A DNA stretch of 64,000 bases from Octopus vulgaris (lineage: Eukaryota), in assembly GCA_951406725.2 (NCBI GenBank), contig OX597826.1, positions 19,716,001 to 19,780,000 of the forward strand, given 5' to 3'. A program made the translations under genes and the position numbers. This document shows positions 43,535-56,519 of the stretch, one piece after another (positions within the stretch are counted from its first letter, which is position 1; each line of letters opens with the position of its first letter). The notes under the pieces are model-generated. The model was not told the origin of the DNA, searched no databases, and saw only the letters and a program-made list of their open reading frames with translations.

Positions 43535-44774
43535 CGAGGAGCGTTCAATAAGTAATGCCCCTGACCCGCTTGCAGTTGTTTGATCTAGCTGAAATATTAT
43601 TTATATCTCTATAGATTAAGTGGCAAATTACAGCTCTGAACTAATTGTGGTTTCTGAGTTACAGGTGTTTGAACTGAGTCAAGTGTGAAATGGAGCCTGT
43701 TGAGTGTCGAGCAGTGAGTCGGGTTGTTGTATTTGAAAGGACGCACACCTCGGGAGACTTTTGATGAAATGAAAGTAACTTATGGTGATGATGCCCCATC
43801 ATATGACCTTGTAAAACGCTGGCATCGTGAATTCAAACATGGTCAGAACTCTATGGAAACAGCTCCCAGATCTAGTCGCCCCCCCTTCTGCCATTGATGA
43901 GGCATCTGTCCGTCAAGTTGAGGCTGCCATTTTGGAAGATCGACGCATAACTATTCGCCAAATAGCCCATGAAGTCAAGATTAGTACCGGGTCTGTGGAA
44001 ACTATCATTCATGATCATTTGCATATGCAAACGGTGTCTGCCAGATGGATTCCTAGGCTGCTCACACCTTTCCAGAAGCAAGAATGCGTCAAGTGCTCGA
44101 GGATGAATTTGGAGATGTGCCAAGAAGATGAGTCAAAATTTTTCAAAAGACTGATTACACAGGATGAAACCTGGGTCCATCACTATGATCCAGAGACCAA
44201 AGCCCAGTCAATGCAGTGGAAGCACCGTGACTCACCTCCTCTAAAGAAGGCAAGGGTGCAGCGCTCCGCTGGCAAGGTCATGCTCGCAGTCTTCTGGGAC
44301 CAGGACGGAGTAGTGATGACAGATTTCCTGGCAAAGGGTACCACAATTACAGGAGCCTATTATGCTTCACTTCTGAGGAAATTAAGAGAAGCTATCAAAA
44401 TCAAGAGGCGGGGCTAGATCAGCAAAGCATCCTCCTCCTGCAGGACAACGCTCCGGTCCACAACTCGCGTGTCGCCAGATCAGAAGCACAGGCGTGCGGC
44501 TATGAACTCCTCCCCCATCCCCCCTACTCTCCTGACCTTGCACTCTCTGATTTTCACCTCTTCCCAGCCATGAAGTTGTTTTTGAAAGGAAAGCATTTCC
44601 CAGATGATGCAGCCTTGATTTCTGAAGTCACGTCGTGGTTGGAGGACCAAGCTGGGGGTATTCTACAAAAACGGTCTCCAGAGCTGCATCAAACGATGGG
44701 AGAAATGCGTAACTCTGGGTTGTTCTACTGCAATGGGAAGTGGGTCAGGGGCATTACTTATTGAACGCCCTTCG
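43535..44774 (+). mobile_element. Full-length mariner transposon, inactivated
   Basis: TA|cgaggagcgttcaataagtaatgcccctgaccc ... gggtcaggggcattacttattgaacgcccttcg|TA; WIPRLL, ITQDETW, QDNA and YSPDL motifs; ATG at 43690; frameshifts. Confidence 0.95.
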
Positions 44775-45039
44775 TATATTAGAAAAATATCGTATATTAG
44801 AAAAATATCGTATATTAGAAAAAATAAGGTACTCAGAAATCTGGATGGTTGTACATTTACAGATTTTTATTAATATGTCACATGTTTTTATAAATCATAT
44901 ATTAGCGCTTGCATCCACTCTAGTAGATTCTTCAGATTTGAATTTGTTTGAGAGGATTCGTCTCTTTTTATAGTATTATTGAGTGTGTAGGGGTGGAGAG
45001 AGATATAGGATAGTAAAAGAGGGTGAGGATTGGGGAGAA

Positions 45040-45510
45040 AGTGAGAGAGAGTGTGTGTGTGTTTTGTGTCTGTGTATCTGAAAGGAGTGTCAATGGAAAA
45101 GAGAAGGAAACAAAGAAGGAAGAGTTAAAGAAGAAAAAAATGTATTTACATCTATATAGCTGGTCACTTCTTTCAATAGAAAGTGATGAGTTGATTCTTG
45201 GCCTTTAAAAATGGCAAAACCAGGTGGCTACTCGAAGGGGGTGTCTTGTTTTGATAAAAGTTATTTTTCAAAAATTTGTCTGGATTTATTATCATCGTCA
45301 TCATTAACCAGTGAGAGAGAGAGATAGAGAATGTATGTTTTGTGTGTGTGTGTGTGTGTCTGTGTATCTGAAAGGAGTGTCAATGGAAAAGAGAAGGAAA
45401 AATTGTGTTTACATCTATACTGCTGGTCAGTTCTTTCAATAGAAGATGACAAGTTGGTTATTAAAAGTTATTTTTCAAAAACTTGTCTGGATTTATTATC
45501 ATCATCATTT
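45040..45510. repeat. Diverged ~300-bp tandem duplication
   Basis: tgtgtctgtgtatctgaaaggagtgtcaatggaaaagagaaggaaa at about 45065 and about 45355. Confidence 0.75.
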
Positions 45511-45793
45511 TTGCCCAATGTTTGATTCCTCGTGCTGGTATGGGATGGCAAATCTGGATGTAAAATTGTTTCTATTTATGTATATGCACATATGTATAGT
45601 ACTGTGTGTTTAATACAAAATTACAGTTTACTTTACAAAATTGGTCCTTCATCCAGTACAAATCATTACAAAAATAGTGATATTTCACCAGTCACAGCTA
45701 TATGTATGTGCGCGCGCGCGCGTGTGACCGCGTGTGTACCGTTGGTGATTTTCTTTCTCCGCCTTCCCTTCCTTGGACCTTTCCTTTTTCTAT

Positions 45794-45828
45794 GTTTCTG
45801 ACGAAGAGCTCCGCTCGAAACGTTAAAT
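45794..45828 (+). ncRNA. Minimal hammerhead ribozyme motif
   Basis: GUUU-CUGACGA-A-GAGC(ucc)GCUC-GAAA-CG-UU-AAAU, with palindromic AACGUU in the stem III position. Confidence 0.65.
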
Positions 45829-45923
45829 CCTTCTTTCTTTCCTTTCCTGAGCGTCCAATAACACTATACTTGTTCCACGTCCTCGCGTTGCTGTTTTTTC
45901 TCTTTGTTCATGTTTAGATTAAC

Positions 45924-45959
<36 letters not shown>

Positions 45960-45962
<3 letters not shown>

Positions 45963-46224
45963 AAGTATATGAAAGAATGGAGTTGAATGACTAGTTAACA
46001 AATATCCTTTATTCTCGACATATGTTTCGAAGGCTGCATATTCCTAATTCCGAAGGAATAAGGAGTACATTATGCAGAAAATAAACATACAAATTTCCGC
46101 ACGAAGACACGTAGTCTATGCCCTAGGGACGTAGCTTCAACCGTGTTCTTTCTGATGTGAATTTGCTACCCAGGTATCGGTTATCTTTCGAATTATCCTT
46201 AATAAGATAATTCATTCAATTACT

Positions 46225-46263
<39 letters not shown>

Positions 46264-47230
46264 CAAGAGGAATGAAGATAAGGAACAATTCTTTACAAAA
46301 ATGAAGATATTAGGATGGGCAATAATGTTCAAGGGAATGTGACTTGTGAAGGAGTGCAATGAAACAGATATGCATACAATTTCTTGTACATTGTGAGGAC
46401 ATTGTTATACAGACTAAGCTAATAGTTCTAGATAGGTTTATAGGGAAATTGCTGTGATTTTCATATTTTCAGCCATTCAGTTTGGGGGAGAACTTTGTTA
46501 TGAAGTATTATTACATATTTTTTCTGAAGAAGATGTCATTCCTTAGGCATGATAGAAGGGAAAGATCTTAAATCTATCCTTTTCCACATGTTTCTAAGTG
46601 TTTACTCAGTGGAATCTTTTGCAGTTCCTCCTGTTGGATATGTTGTCGGTGAATTCTGGTTTGTTGGCAGAAAGAATTTCTAGTTTCACCTATATAATTT
46701 TCCTTGCGTGTGGGACGGGTTACGCAGTATATTACGTTCTGCGTCTTGCAATTCATGTCTGCATTTACTTCGAATGCGTGACCACTCTTAAATTTTATTT
46801 GTTTGTTTCCTTCTATGTATTTGTAGGTGGGGTTGCTGCAAATCCCCCATATACCATCTCTGCACTCTTTTACAAAAATTTCGGTTTTAGTCTCTGATGA
46901 GAATTTTGTCCTTGTTAGATGTTTCTTTAGGTTTTTGTCCTGTCGTCTACTGTTTTTTATGCAATATTTGTCTAGTATGTTTTCCATTTTGGGGCTTTGT
47001 AAGACTATTGGTAGGTTTGAATGTATGATTTAGAACATGTTGATAACTCCAGGGTTGTGTGTGTTTATGAAAGGGATAATGTTCTTTGTTTTCCTTTTTT
47101 TTTTGAGTTCTGAGATGTGAGATGTCCAGTTTCATTACTCTTGAGATTCCGAATTTTATTAATTTGAGTGGGTATTTCTGTCCTAGTAGGAAGTTTTTAA
47201 GTACATTTAGTCATATTTGGCGTGTTTGTG
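45960..47230 (-). mobile_element. Penelope-like element 3' part (linker plus GIY-YIG endonuclease), degraded
   Basis: RQDKNLKKHL and MNCKTQNVIYCVT...ENYIGET...RIHRQHI (ORF 46574-46987); terminal repeat shared with 4655-4741. Confidence 0.85.
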
Positions 47231-47424
47231 AGTCGCTCTATATATACACACATATATTTATACACACACTTTATAAATATATATACACATGATATGTATA
47301 CACGCACACACACACATATATATATACGTCATATATACGCATTAAATATATATATGTATATATATATATATATATACGCATTATATATACATATGTATAC
47401 ACATTGTATACACACACGCACACT

Positions 47425-47474
<50 letters not shown>

Positions 47475-47884
47475 TAGATCGATACACATTATATATAGAC
47501 ACAGATTATATATATGAAATTAAGAAGGAGAGAAGACAAATTCAAAGGCCGATATATATATTCATTCAAGCCATAATAACGTAATTCTCCATGGTATACA
47601 ATATACATACATAGATGTATTCATCTATGTTATATATAAAATTTCTAAGAATTTATAAATATATATATATACACGAAAATTTATAAATATATAAAAATTC
47701 ATAGACATATAAAAATTTATAAACACATAAAAATTCATAAATGTAAATATACTAAAATATAAGCCCATAAATGTACTTGCGAAGTCCGAATGTTCGAATT
47801 TGAATCAATGAAGAGGAAGATCAAGAAAAAAAGGAGTGTAAAATGATTCATAAGGAATCCTAAACATGTATAAAATCTATACTC

Positions 47885-48285
47885 TATACTCTTTTACTTG
47901 TTTCAGTCATTTGACTGCGGCCATGCTGGAGCACCGCCTTTAGTCGAGCAAATCGACCCCGGGACTTATTCTTTGTAAGCCCAGTACTTATTCTATCGGT
48001 CTCTTTTGCCGAACCGCTAAGTGACGGGGACGTAAACACACCAGCATCGGTTGTCAAGCAATGCTAGGGGTACAAACACAGACACACAAACACATACACA
48101 CACACATATATATACATATATACGACAGGCTTCTTTCAGTTTCCGTCTACCAAATCCACTCACAAGGCATTGATCGGTCCGGGGCTATAGCAGAAGACAC
48201 TTGCCCAAGATGCCACGCAGTGGGACTGAACCCGGAACTATGTGGCTGGTTAGCAAGCTACTTACCACACAGCCACTCCTGCGCC
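47885..48285 (-). mobile_element. SINE family A, full length
   Basis: Reverse complement of 20817-21228. Confidence 0.92.
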
Positions 48286-48975
48286 TATGTATAAAATTAT
48301 ATATATATATATATATATAGATATATACACTTTATATATATATTTATACACACACACACACACATATATATATGAATTAACACAAGAAATATCTGATTAA
48401 TAATATCTGTTATGATTGTGCGGTGGTGGTGGGCGATAATAATTCACCTTTCTAAAAGCCCTGTGGCGGGAATATTTATGATTTTATGTACGTATGTATG
48501 TACATATGTATATTGTAATAGACTTGATTTGGCAGTTATTTCTAGGATATTAATTGCCACGTAGAGAAAAACTTGCGGCTGTCTACGCTTTCTCTATATA
48601 GATACAGACAGACGTACAGAGAGAGAGGCGGTGGGAGAAAGAGTGACAGAGAGACGGCGAATACGGAGAGGGAAAGAGAGTGTAAGCTGTCAAACGTCGT
48701 TATAGAGAGAAAGTGGAGGAAAGGGAAGAAAGAGAGAGTTCGAGGAAGAAAGGGTGATCGCCGAAAGAGAGAAACGACAAACAATTGTCAAAGTTCGTTT
48801 AAAGACGAGGAATTTTGCCCTAGCGGCCACGCCTTTTAATCGAGCAAACTGAAATTTGCTATGCATACTCGCCAGCACGTTCCCCGACCACGTTTACTAG
48901 CACTTTTATCAATATGTGGTGGGGGTATGTGTGTGTACATTATATATATATATATAAGTATGCACATGTGTATAT

Positions 48976-49010
<35 letters not shown>

Positions 49011-49309
49011 CGTATATATATTTAAAAATATATTTTAAAAAACCTTCTCTAATGACACAATGTAATACGTGTGTTCAGGTTGGTTTACCACTAAAACTCC
49101 GACTTGAACAGTAGCTGAAACAAAGATGTTGCTGAAGCTGCCTATCAAAGATGGCCATAACTGGTTCATCATTGAATTGGTAGATATATATTAGAAAGAG
49201 AGATGGACAAGTAAAACATGTGGTACCACTTTACAGAGTGAAATCTATAATTTAAACGTAATTTCAGAGTAGTTATAGTAAATAAGGGATTAAGAAATTA
49301 TACGTAAAG

Positions 49310-49404
49310 TTTCTTACAGTCGTTTCTAGAATAGCTGAGCATGTGGATCATATGTTATTGAGCAAAGCTTTGCACGAAAGCCAGCTATTGTGTCTTTGGA
49401 GAAA
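49310..49404 (-). ncRNA. Decayed hammerhead-like motif
   Basis: Minus strand reads UUUCU-CCAAAGA-cacAAUAGCUG...CAGCUAUUcua-GAAA-CGACUG-UA-AGAAA. Confidence 0.45.
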
Positions 49405-50544
49405 AACAACTAATGAATATCTTTAATAGAAGATATTAGTAGATACCAGTTCATCGAAGAAGTAAACGACATACTTTCATGATCAGAGAATTAAGGAAAT
49501 CCTTAGTAAAAGATAATAGCATTTCGTAGTTCCATATTTGAAGAATCAAGGAATACCCTTAGTAATAGACAAAAGAAGTTATTAGTTCCATCTTTGAAGA
49601 GAAAGTTAACACATATCAAAGGAAACTTTGTAAATTTCATAAAAGAACTTGCCGAAGACTGTAGTGCAGAAATAAGTCAGCAGCTTAAACGAGTTAATTT
49701 CCCATCTGAGACCATGCATAAAGAAATCCTAGAGGCAATATGCTCATCAGTAAAGAAATTGAAGATTCCATGTTTATTGATGCTTTATGTGATTGTTCTG
49801 ACATGGAACAAGAACCAATTGTCGTTATGTTTCTGAAAACCAAGCTGTCCACGAAGATTTCCTCAGTTTTTATCACCCTCCTGGATACACTTCAGAGATA
49901 CTAACTAAGGTTATTCTGGATGTTTTTTGTTGCTTAAACATTTCTCTGGGCTCAAAATTATGCTGCCTTTGGTAGCGCATGCACCAGGAATGGAAACATT
50001 TCAGGCATACAAAAGCGATTAAAAGACATGTTTTTTCTGGTACATATTTTATACACTGCAGAAAGCACTCTCTGGACGTTGTCCTCCAAGAAGTTGGATC
50101 TACAATTGCCCTGATCACTGATGCATTGAACTTGTTCACCAATACACCATTCTTCTGGAAAGCGCTATGGACAAGCCTTTGTAATGAGAATGTTGTCATG
50201 TTGCAAGCCTGTATCTGTTGCCTTTTTGAAGACCTGACTCCGTACCACAATGACGCAACACCGTCTGGCACAGTGTGCTGTAATGTATGTACATAAAATC
50301 TTGAGCAACGAAAACACTTTGGACATTCTCTTGGAAAACTTCATTGTTAAAACGAGCGAGTGTAGAAAATTTTTTTAATTGATTTGAAGCATTACTTTTC
50401 CATATATAATAATAATAAAAGATCTTACTTATGTTTGTTTTGATATTAAGATTTTAAAAAATCGGCAAATTTCTTTCTCGGGCCACTGGGTAAAGCATCA
50501 AAAGATGGAGGGAAGGGGCAATGGGTCACGCATTCCGAAATAAA

Positions 50545-51180
50545 TGTATTCAACCGCGGCCCTCCTTAATGACCACAATAGCGTTGTCACGGAGAATGGC
50601 CAACGACACTCGTTGCCGCAGCTTCTCCACCTCGCGGGACTTATTTCTTAGACGATCAGCCGTTATCTCGATTTTGCGGAGAAAATCGGTAGTACGGGGT
50701 CCAAGAACACCTGACAACTGGTTTTGTAGCCGATGCAGCAAGGTCGGGGCCGGAGAACATGTCACTGCATGTCGCATCCCAGATTAGGGACGTTCCTCCC
50801 TCGAATTGAGAAAGAGTAATTCAATCGAGGCACTTACCGTCACTGCGGTCGAGGCCTTTCGGCTCCAGCTGAGACGGAAAACTAACCACGTCGTGGTCTC
50901 TTCTAATAATGTCCTGCGTGTCAAGAGAATCGACCCGCGCTAATGCTGCAGGATAATGGATGCAGGCCGAATCCATCTACTACCACCCCACAACGACATT
51001 TGTGCAGCTCGCACACGCGGAGACCGAGGCGTTGGGCCTCTCCAATACAAGTGCACTCATCATCTAGAAGAGTACCGGTAGATGAGGAGGGCCCCGAATG
51101 GAGTCATGTACCACTATTTGGCTGCGAGGTGCAGCAGGTTGCGTAATGTCTTTGAGACCTTCCATCTTTGTCGTTAGCTC
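50545..51180 (-). mobile_element. CRE-like non-LTR element relic with restriction-like endonuclease
   Basis: Fragments RSDGKCLD, SLIWDATCSD and GVLGPRTTDFL...LRQRVSLAILRDNA match the CRE C-terminal consensus pattern. Confidence 0.7.
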
Positions 51181-52134
51181 CAAGTGTAGTCTACTTGTTT
51201 AACATATACAAATGAAACAGACAAATTGAAAACTTCATAGAAGATTGAGAAAAGGGTAAGTGTCGTTATTCTGAAAACCAGGAAAGACGGTAGGATAGAA
51301 ATTGAAATTTGGAGAAAAATAGTTTCAGAGTCGTAATATTGGATGTAATTTCTGTATTTAAAATGTACAATTATAAATAATTGCAGTCTTCGCTTTTAAA
51401 AACGTAGGAATCCGAAGAATTTTTGAGAGAAAAAAAATGAGTTGGTGTGGAATGAGTTCTCCCCAAATTTAGCGATAATTCTATTTACACACGTGATATG
51501 AAAACTGATCTGTAGTTGCGTCAAGTCTGAAGATAAATGTAGTTTTACTAATGACATTTCGTAAGCCTTTTTTAAATACTCGCTGAGTAGTCCGTCGTTG
51601 TCGGGTCATTTTCACAAGAGAACACCTTTATTTCAATTATTTTTTTCTTACATGTGCGATAAACATCTTGATCAGGGCAGATTTCTGCATCATCTGAGGC
51701 AATTTATAACGTCTCTAAAGACGAAGTTTTTTGTTTTTCCATTTAGTGCATAGATGTAAAGATCTTTTTTACTTCCTACTCCTGAACATCCAACCATGAG
51801 TTAAGCAGAGGTCTCCAAATATGTAAACCGGCAACCGAAAATGTTTGCTCTTACGATTTGTTGATACTCATAGCAAAATTTAGATCACTGGAAATTGAAG
51901 ACGTTTGAATTGAAATCGGCCATTGTCTCTCGAGTCTGTGAGACGGAGGTTCTTGTGTGTTTAACATCTGATCCTATGCTCGGGACTCTCCTCAGAACGG
52001 GCATCGAGGACTCGTGTTCGCATGACATTAATTCTATTCCTTCTCTGTTCGGATGCCTCCAGGGCTCGCCGCTGGTGCTGTCGTCCTAATGAAATTTTTT
52101 GCACATGTATACGCACATACTGGCACATAACACT

Positions 52135-52204
52135 CTCTGTCTCTCTGTCTCTCTGTCTCTCTCACACACGTGCGTGCGCGCGCACACACAGGCACACACA
52201 CACT

Positions 52205-52269
<65 letters not shown>

Positions 52270-52270
52270 C
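52135..52270. repeat. (CT)n/(CA)n microsatellite
   Basis: Direct reading. Confidence 0.9.
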
Positions 52271-52935
52271 GTGAGCGATATATATACACAGTGAAAGAGT
52301 GAGGGAGTGTGGTAAATGCAGTCACAGATTTTGAAATTTCGAAATTAAGTGAAAATTTTCAAATTTGGCATATTGGTGTAATTTTTGACGCTGAATCCGA
52401 TTTTGTGATTTAATTATACCATAAAAGTTTTCGAAAAATGCTTACAGAGGTTTCAGATTCAACAATTTTTAACCAATCAGATAACAGGATTTGGAAGCTA
52501 ATATCTGCGTGATAGCTGTCTATCACAAATGAAAGTAAAAACATTACAACGACGAAGTTTTGAACAAAAGGATAGTAATTACATGTCAAATAAAGATAGA
52601 GAGGTTGGAGCAGCGTATGTGAGAGATATACATATACAGAGAAAGAGTGTGAGAGAGAGAGTGTGGCAAATATGCATAGAGAAAGGGGGAAAGCGTAAGA
52701 GGCAGAGAGAGAAACAGACAGACTGGCAAACAGTTAAATACAATTGATACAGAGGCGTAGATTTAGTGATTTAACAGTCGAGCTATTTCTTGGAGCAGAT
52801 TATATTTTTTATTACTAATTACCGAATACCTTGCCGTTAGGTCACAGATTCTGAAAACCAAATCTGTTTTTCTCGATGACGCAGTTTCGGGGCCGTTCCG
52901 TGATATACACATATATACTCTCATTTATATAGTAA

Positions 52936-52975
52936 ACTAGCAAACGCACCCGTCCTTTGGACGGTTTAAGTTGCT
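52936..52975 (-). mobile_element. Helitron 3' terminus
   Basis: actag followed by hairpin ccgtcc-ttt-ggacgg. Confidence 0.5.
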
Positions 52976-53159
52976 TTCGTGGTATTTTTTTTACCAAATA
53001 ATTGAACTACCGAGAAGGTTTATGTGTAGCACGGCAATCTGTTTCCGATTAACCCAGGAACGGAAAATCAAAGTGTCGGAAAACTGACCCTAGAGAGCCT
53101 GAGCACGTTAGATCTCTCTCGCAACTTTTCAGCATATCGTGCTTTTCTCATTAAGGACC

Positions 53160-56100
53160 AAGTTTCAAACAGGTTGTTCATGGTCAATACAAGATCAAAT
53201 TGCAGTATTTTGCCTAAAAGGTTCAGCTCTAATAAGCTACAGTTATCCAGTATTTCCTCATACGCAGTGAACCAGTCTCCCATCAAAACCTACGTTCAGA
53301 TGTATTTAACTGTAGACCTTGCCTTGCGTCGAGATTTTAAAAGGATTTTTGTCATCGCCGACCTGCCACATCCTATTTCTTTTCTCGCTCATCCTACTGC
53401 AAACGCGAAACTATCCCTAACCGTCGACGCGTCCACGATCGCTGTCGGCGCCGTTTTAGACAACTTTTCACTCCTGGTAGATGTCAGGAAGCAGAGACTT
53501 GTGGATACTACCACATCTTCATCTACGCCTGCTCATGAATCTACCGCTGCTATCCTCAGCCCATCATTTTTTGTAGCTGCTGCCAGTAACCAGTTCCATA
53601 CTCTTCATGCTTCGTTTCCCGAGTTAACGGATCTCTCATTTAAAGGCTTTAGATGGCAGGGGTCGAATTCCCTCTGCGTCTATATTTTCAAAAAAGTGGA
53701 TCTGGTACGTGCATACCACCAAATTCCGATGAACCTGGAAGATATACCCAGACAGTTCACTCGACTCAACATTTTATTACAACAACCGGTCCACCCGTCT
53801 TCTCTCGTCCACGTAGATTAGCGCCAGGCAGGCTCAAGAAAGCCCTCGCTCAATTCGAGCACATGCTCCAGCTCGGTCTAATAAGTCCTTCTACTAGCCC
53901 TTGGGCATCTCCGCTACACTTAGCTCGGATGAGTGAAGTGGATTTCAGACCCGTTCGTGGTTGCAAGAGACTAATGCTATCACCACACCTGATCGTTATC
54001 TTATACCCATCTTAAAGGATTTCTCTTATGTTCTCCATGGTTTCACTATATTTTCAAAAAAGTAGATCTGGTATGTGCGTACCACCAAATTCCGATGAAC
54101 CCGGAAGATATACCCAAAACTGCCGTAACCACCCCGTTTGGTTCATTCGAATTTCTGTCTATACCTTTTGGCCTGAGAAATGCTACCAGTACATTCCAAC
54201 GCTTCACCGACGAAGTCGCACGCGGATTGAATTTTGCTTTTGCTTATGTAGATGACCTCCTAGTAGCCATCATCATCAACATCTATCTCAGTTCTTTCAA
54301 CGCCTGCGAGCGTATCATGTAAAGATAAATCCAGCTAAATGTGTATTCGGTACTTCATTGGAATTCCTTGGACATCTTATAGACGCAATGGGAATTCGAC
54401 CCCTCCCATCTAAATTGGATGCTATTCAGAAAATTGCACCCCCTACTTCATTGAGACAAGGACGTCACTTTTTGGGGTTAATAAACTTTTACAGAACTTA
54501 CATCCCGAACTACGCAGACAAGCTGTTTCCCCTGACACAACTTTTGGAATCCACAAAGAAGAAAGACGCATCTATTTCCCTTTCTGTTGACACCTTGCAA
54601 GCTTTCGACTCCGTAAAGTCTGAAATAGGTAAAATTTCTTTTTCGCTCATCCTACTGCAAACGCAAAACTATCCCTAACCGTCGACACGTCCACGATCGC
54701 TGTCGACGCCGTTTTAGAACACATAATCAACCAGAAATCTCAACCACCTACATTTTTCTTACGTCAACTCAAGCCAGCAGAACAGCGTTACAGTACTTTT
54801 GACAGAGAGCTCTTAGCAGTTTATCTTCCTGTGAGACACTTCTGCCATCTCCTAGAATGTCGGGAGTTCACGGTATTCACAGATCATAAACCTCTCACAT
54901 TCGCTTTTCCGTCCAACTCTGATAAATACTCGCCGAGGACATACAGACACTTGGATTTCATCTCGCAATATACCAGCGACATTCGTCATATAGCCGGATC
55001 TGCAAACATACCTGCTGATGCATTATGTGTTCACTTTCGTCTCCTGTACACATCGATTTGGTTGCTATCGCCACAGACTAACCTTCTAACCAATATTCTG
55101 TTCAGATTTGAATACTTACCTCTACCGGCTCACCTAGACCGCTTGTTCCACATCGTCATCAGCGTAGTACCGTTTTCGATGCTCTTCATTCCTTGTCGCA
55201 TCCCGGCATAGCCGCCACGGTAAAGCTCATTACAATCACCAGTTGGACATGTTCTTGACTTGCATCGAATGTTTCTCTCGATGGCCTGAAGCCAAACCTC
55301 TGATTGACATCACAGCTGAATCCGTCACCCAAGCGTTCATTTCCAGCTGGGTGGCGCGCTTTGGTGTCCCATCTAAAATAACCACTGATAAGGGACACCA
55401 GTTTGAAGCTCCTTTATTCAGTGAAATATCACGACTCTTGGGTGCTCATCGAATTTATACAACAAGTTATCACCCAGCTTCCAATGGAATGGTAGAACGA
55501 TTATATAGACAGTTAAAAGCTGCACTACGCGCTACTCCTGATCCGCAACCTTGGACCAAATTCCCTCCAATTGTTCTTCTTGGTTGCCGTTCCGCTGTTA
55601 AGACAGATTCAGGTTTCTCCTCAGCCAAACTTCTTTACGGCACCACCTTGATGCTTCCCGGTCAAATGTTCACACCAGTTGATTCATAAGATTCTGATAC
55701 GACATCATACGTCAACAGACTTCGTTCTTACTTTTCCAATCTTCTACCAATATCTCCACGGAACCAATCCATTTCTTCTGCTGTCCCATCAGACATCTCT
55801 CAGTGGACACATGTTTTTATTCCGTTAAAGGACCTCTTACATCACCTTATTCTGGACCTTATCGTGTTCTGTTGCACTCACCAAAAAACTTCATAGTCGA
55901 CGTTAATGGTCGAAAACAAACAATATCCATCGACAGAATAAAGAAGGCTTTCTCAGAAAATCTCGTTCCAGAACCAGACATACCACGTACATTCACTCCT
56001 ACACCGCCACATGCACCGCAAACACGACACAAAATTATCCAGAACCATTTATATTTAACGTTGTGTTACAAAACAAACTGTTTGCTATTTCTTTTACAAA

Positions 56101-56384
56101 AGAACGCTCGTTCAAAAACATTTTCCCCATGCATGTTTCACACTGTATTTTTCGTATTGCCATGCTTTGCATTTAGTTTGATGTGCATAGCTGTGTAGCA
56201 AAAGCGTTGCTGCATCAAACTCTGCAATTATATTCAGTATCTATCCTGATTACATGTATTGATTTTCTCCTATTTTACTACTTGTCTTGCAAGCACATGT
56301 TTCTGCTGCCTCGTTTTGCTTCGTACCTGCCATGGATCACTACAATGATTTTGCTTATCGACTTCTCGTCTGAGGAGGGAGTTA
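53160..56384 (+). mobile_element. Degraded Gypsy LTR retrotransposon pol (PR-RT-RH-IN) with polypurine tract
   Basis: FMVNTRS (protease), SPWASPL, PFGLRNA, YVDD, EFLGH, FTDHKPL, FSRWPEA, TTDKG, HPASNGMVER and SGPY; PPT gaggagggag at about 56372. Confidence 0.93.
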
Positions 56385-56519
56385 CGTAGTTATGTCAGTT
56401 CCTGGATGTACGCATTGAGCCACGCCACTCGCCCCCCCCCCTACGCGCGCACATTTTTGCCTTATTTGCTTTGAGACATGTGGCTGCAAAGTATGCTCAT
56501 GTTACAAGTATGTAAAGTA

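Noticed and set aside
46010-46145. Half hammerhead GAAACAUAUGUC on the minus strand (also 4706-4721)
   Set aside because: I could not locate a matching CUGANGA-type core, so it is not called.
49873-50330. TERT C-terminus or piggyBac Cys-rich domain
   Set aside because: The motifs do not align convincingly in any frame.
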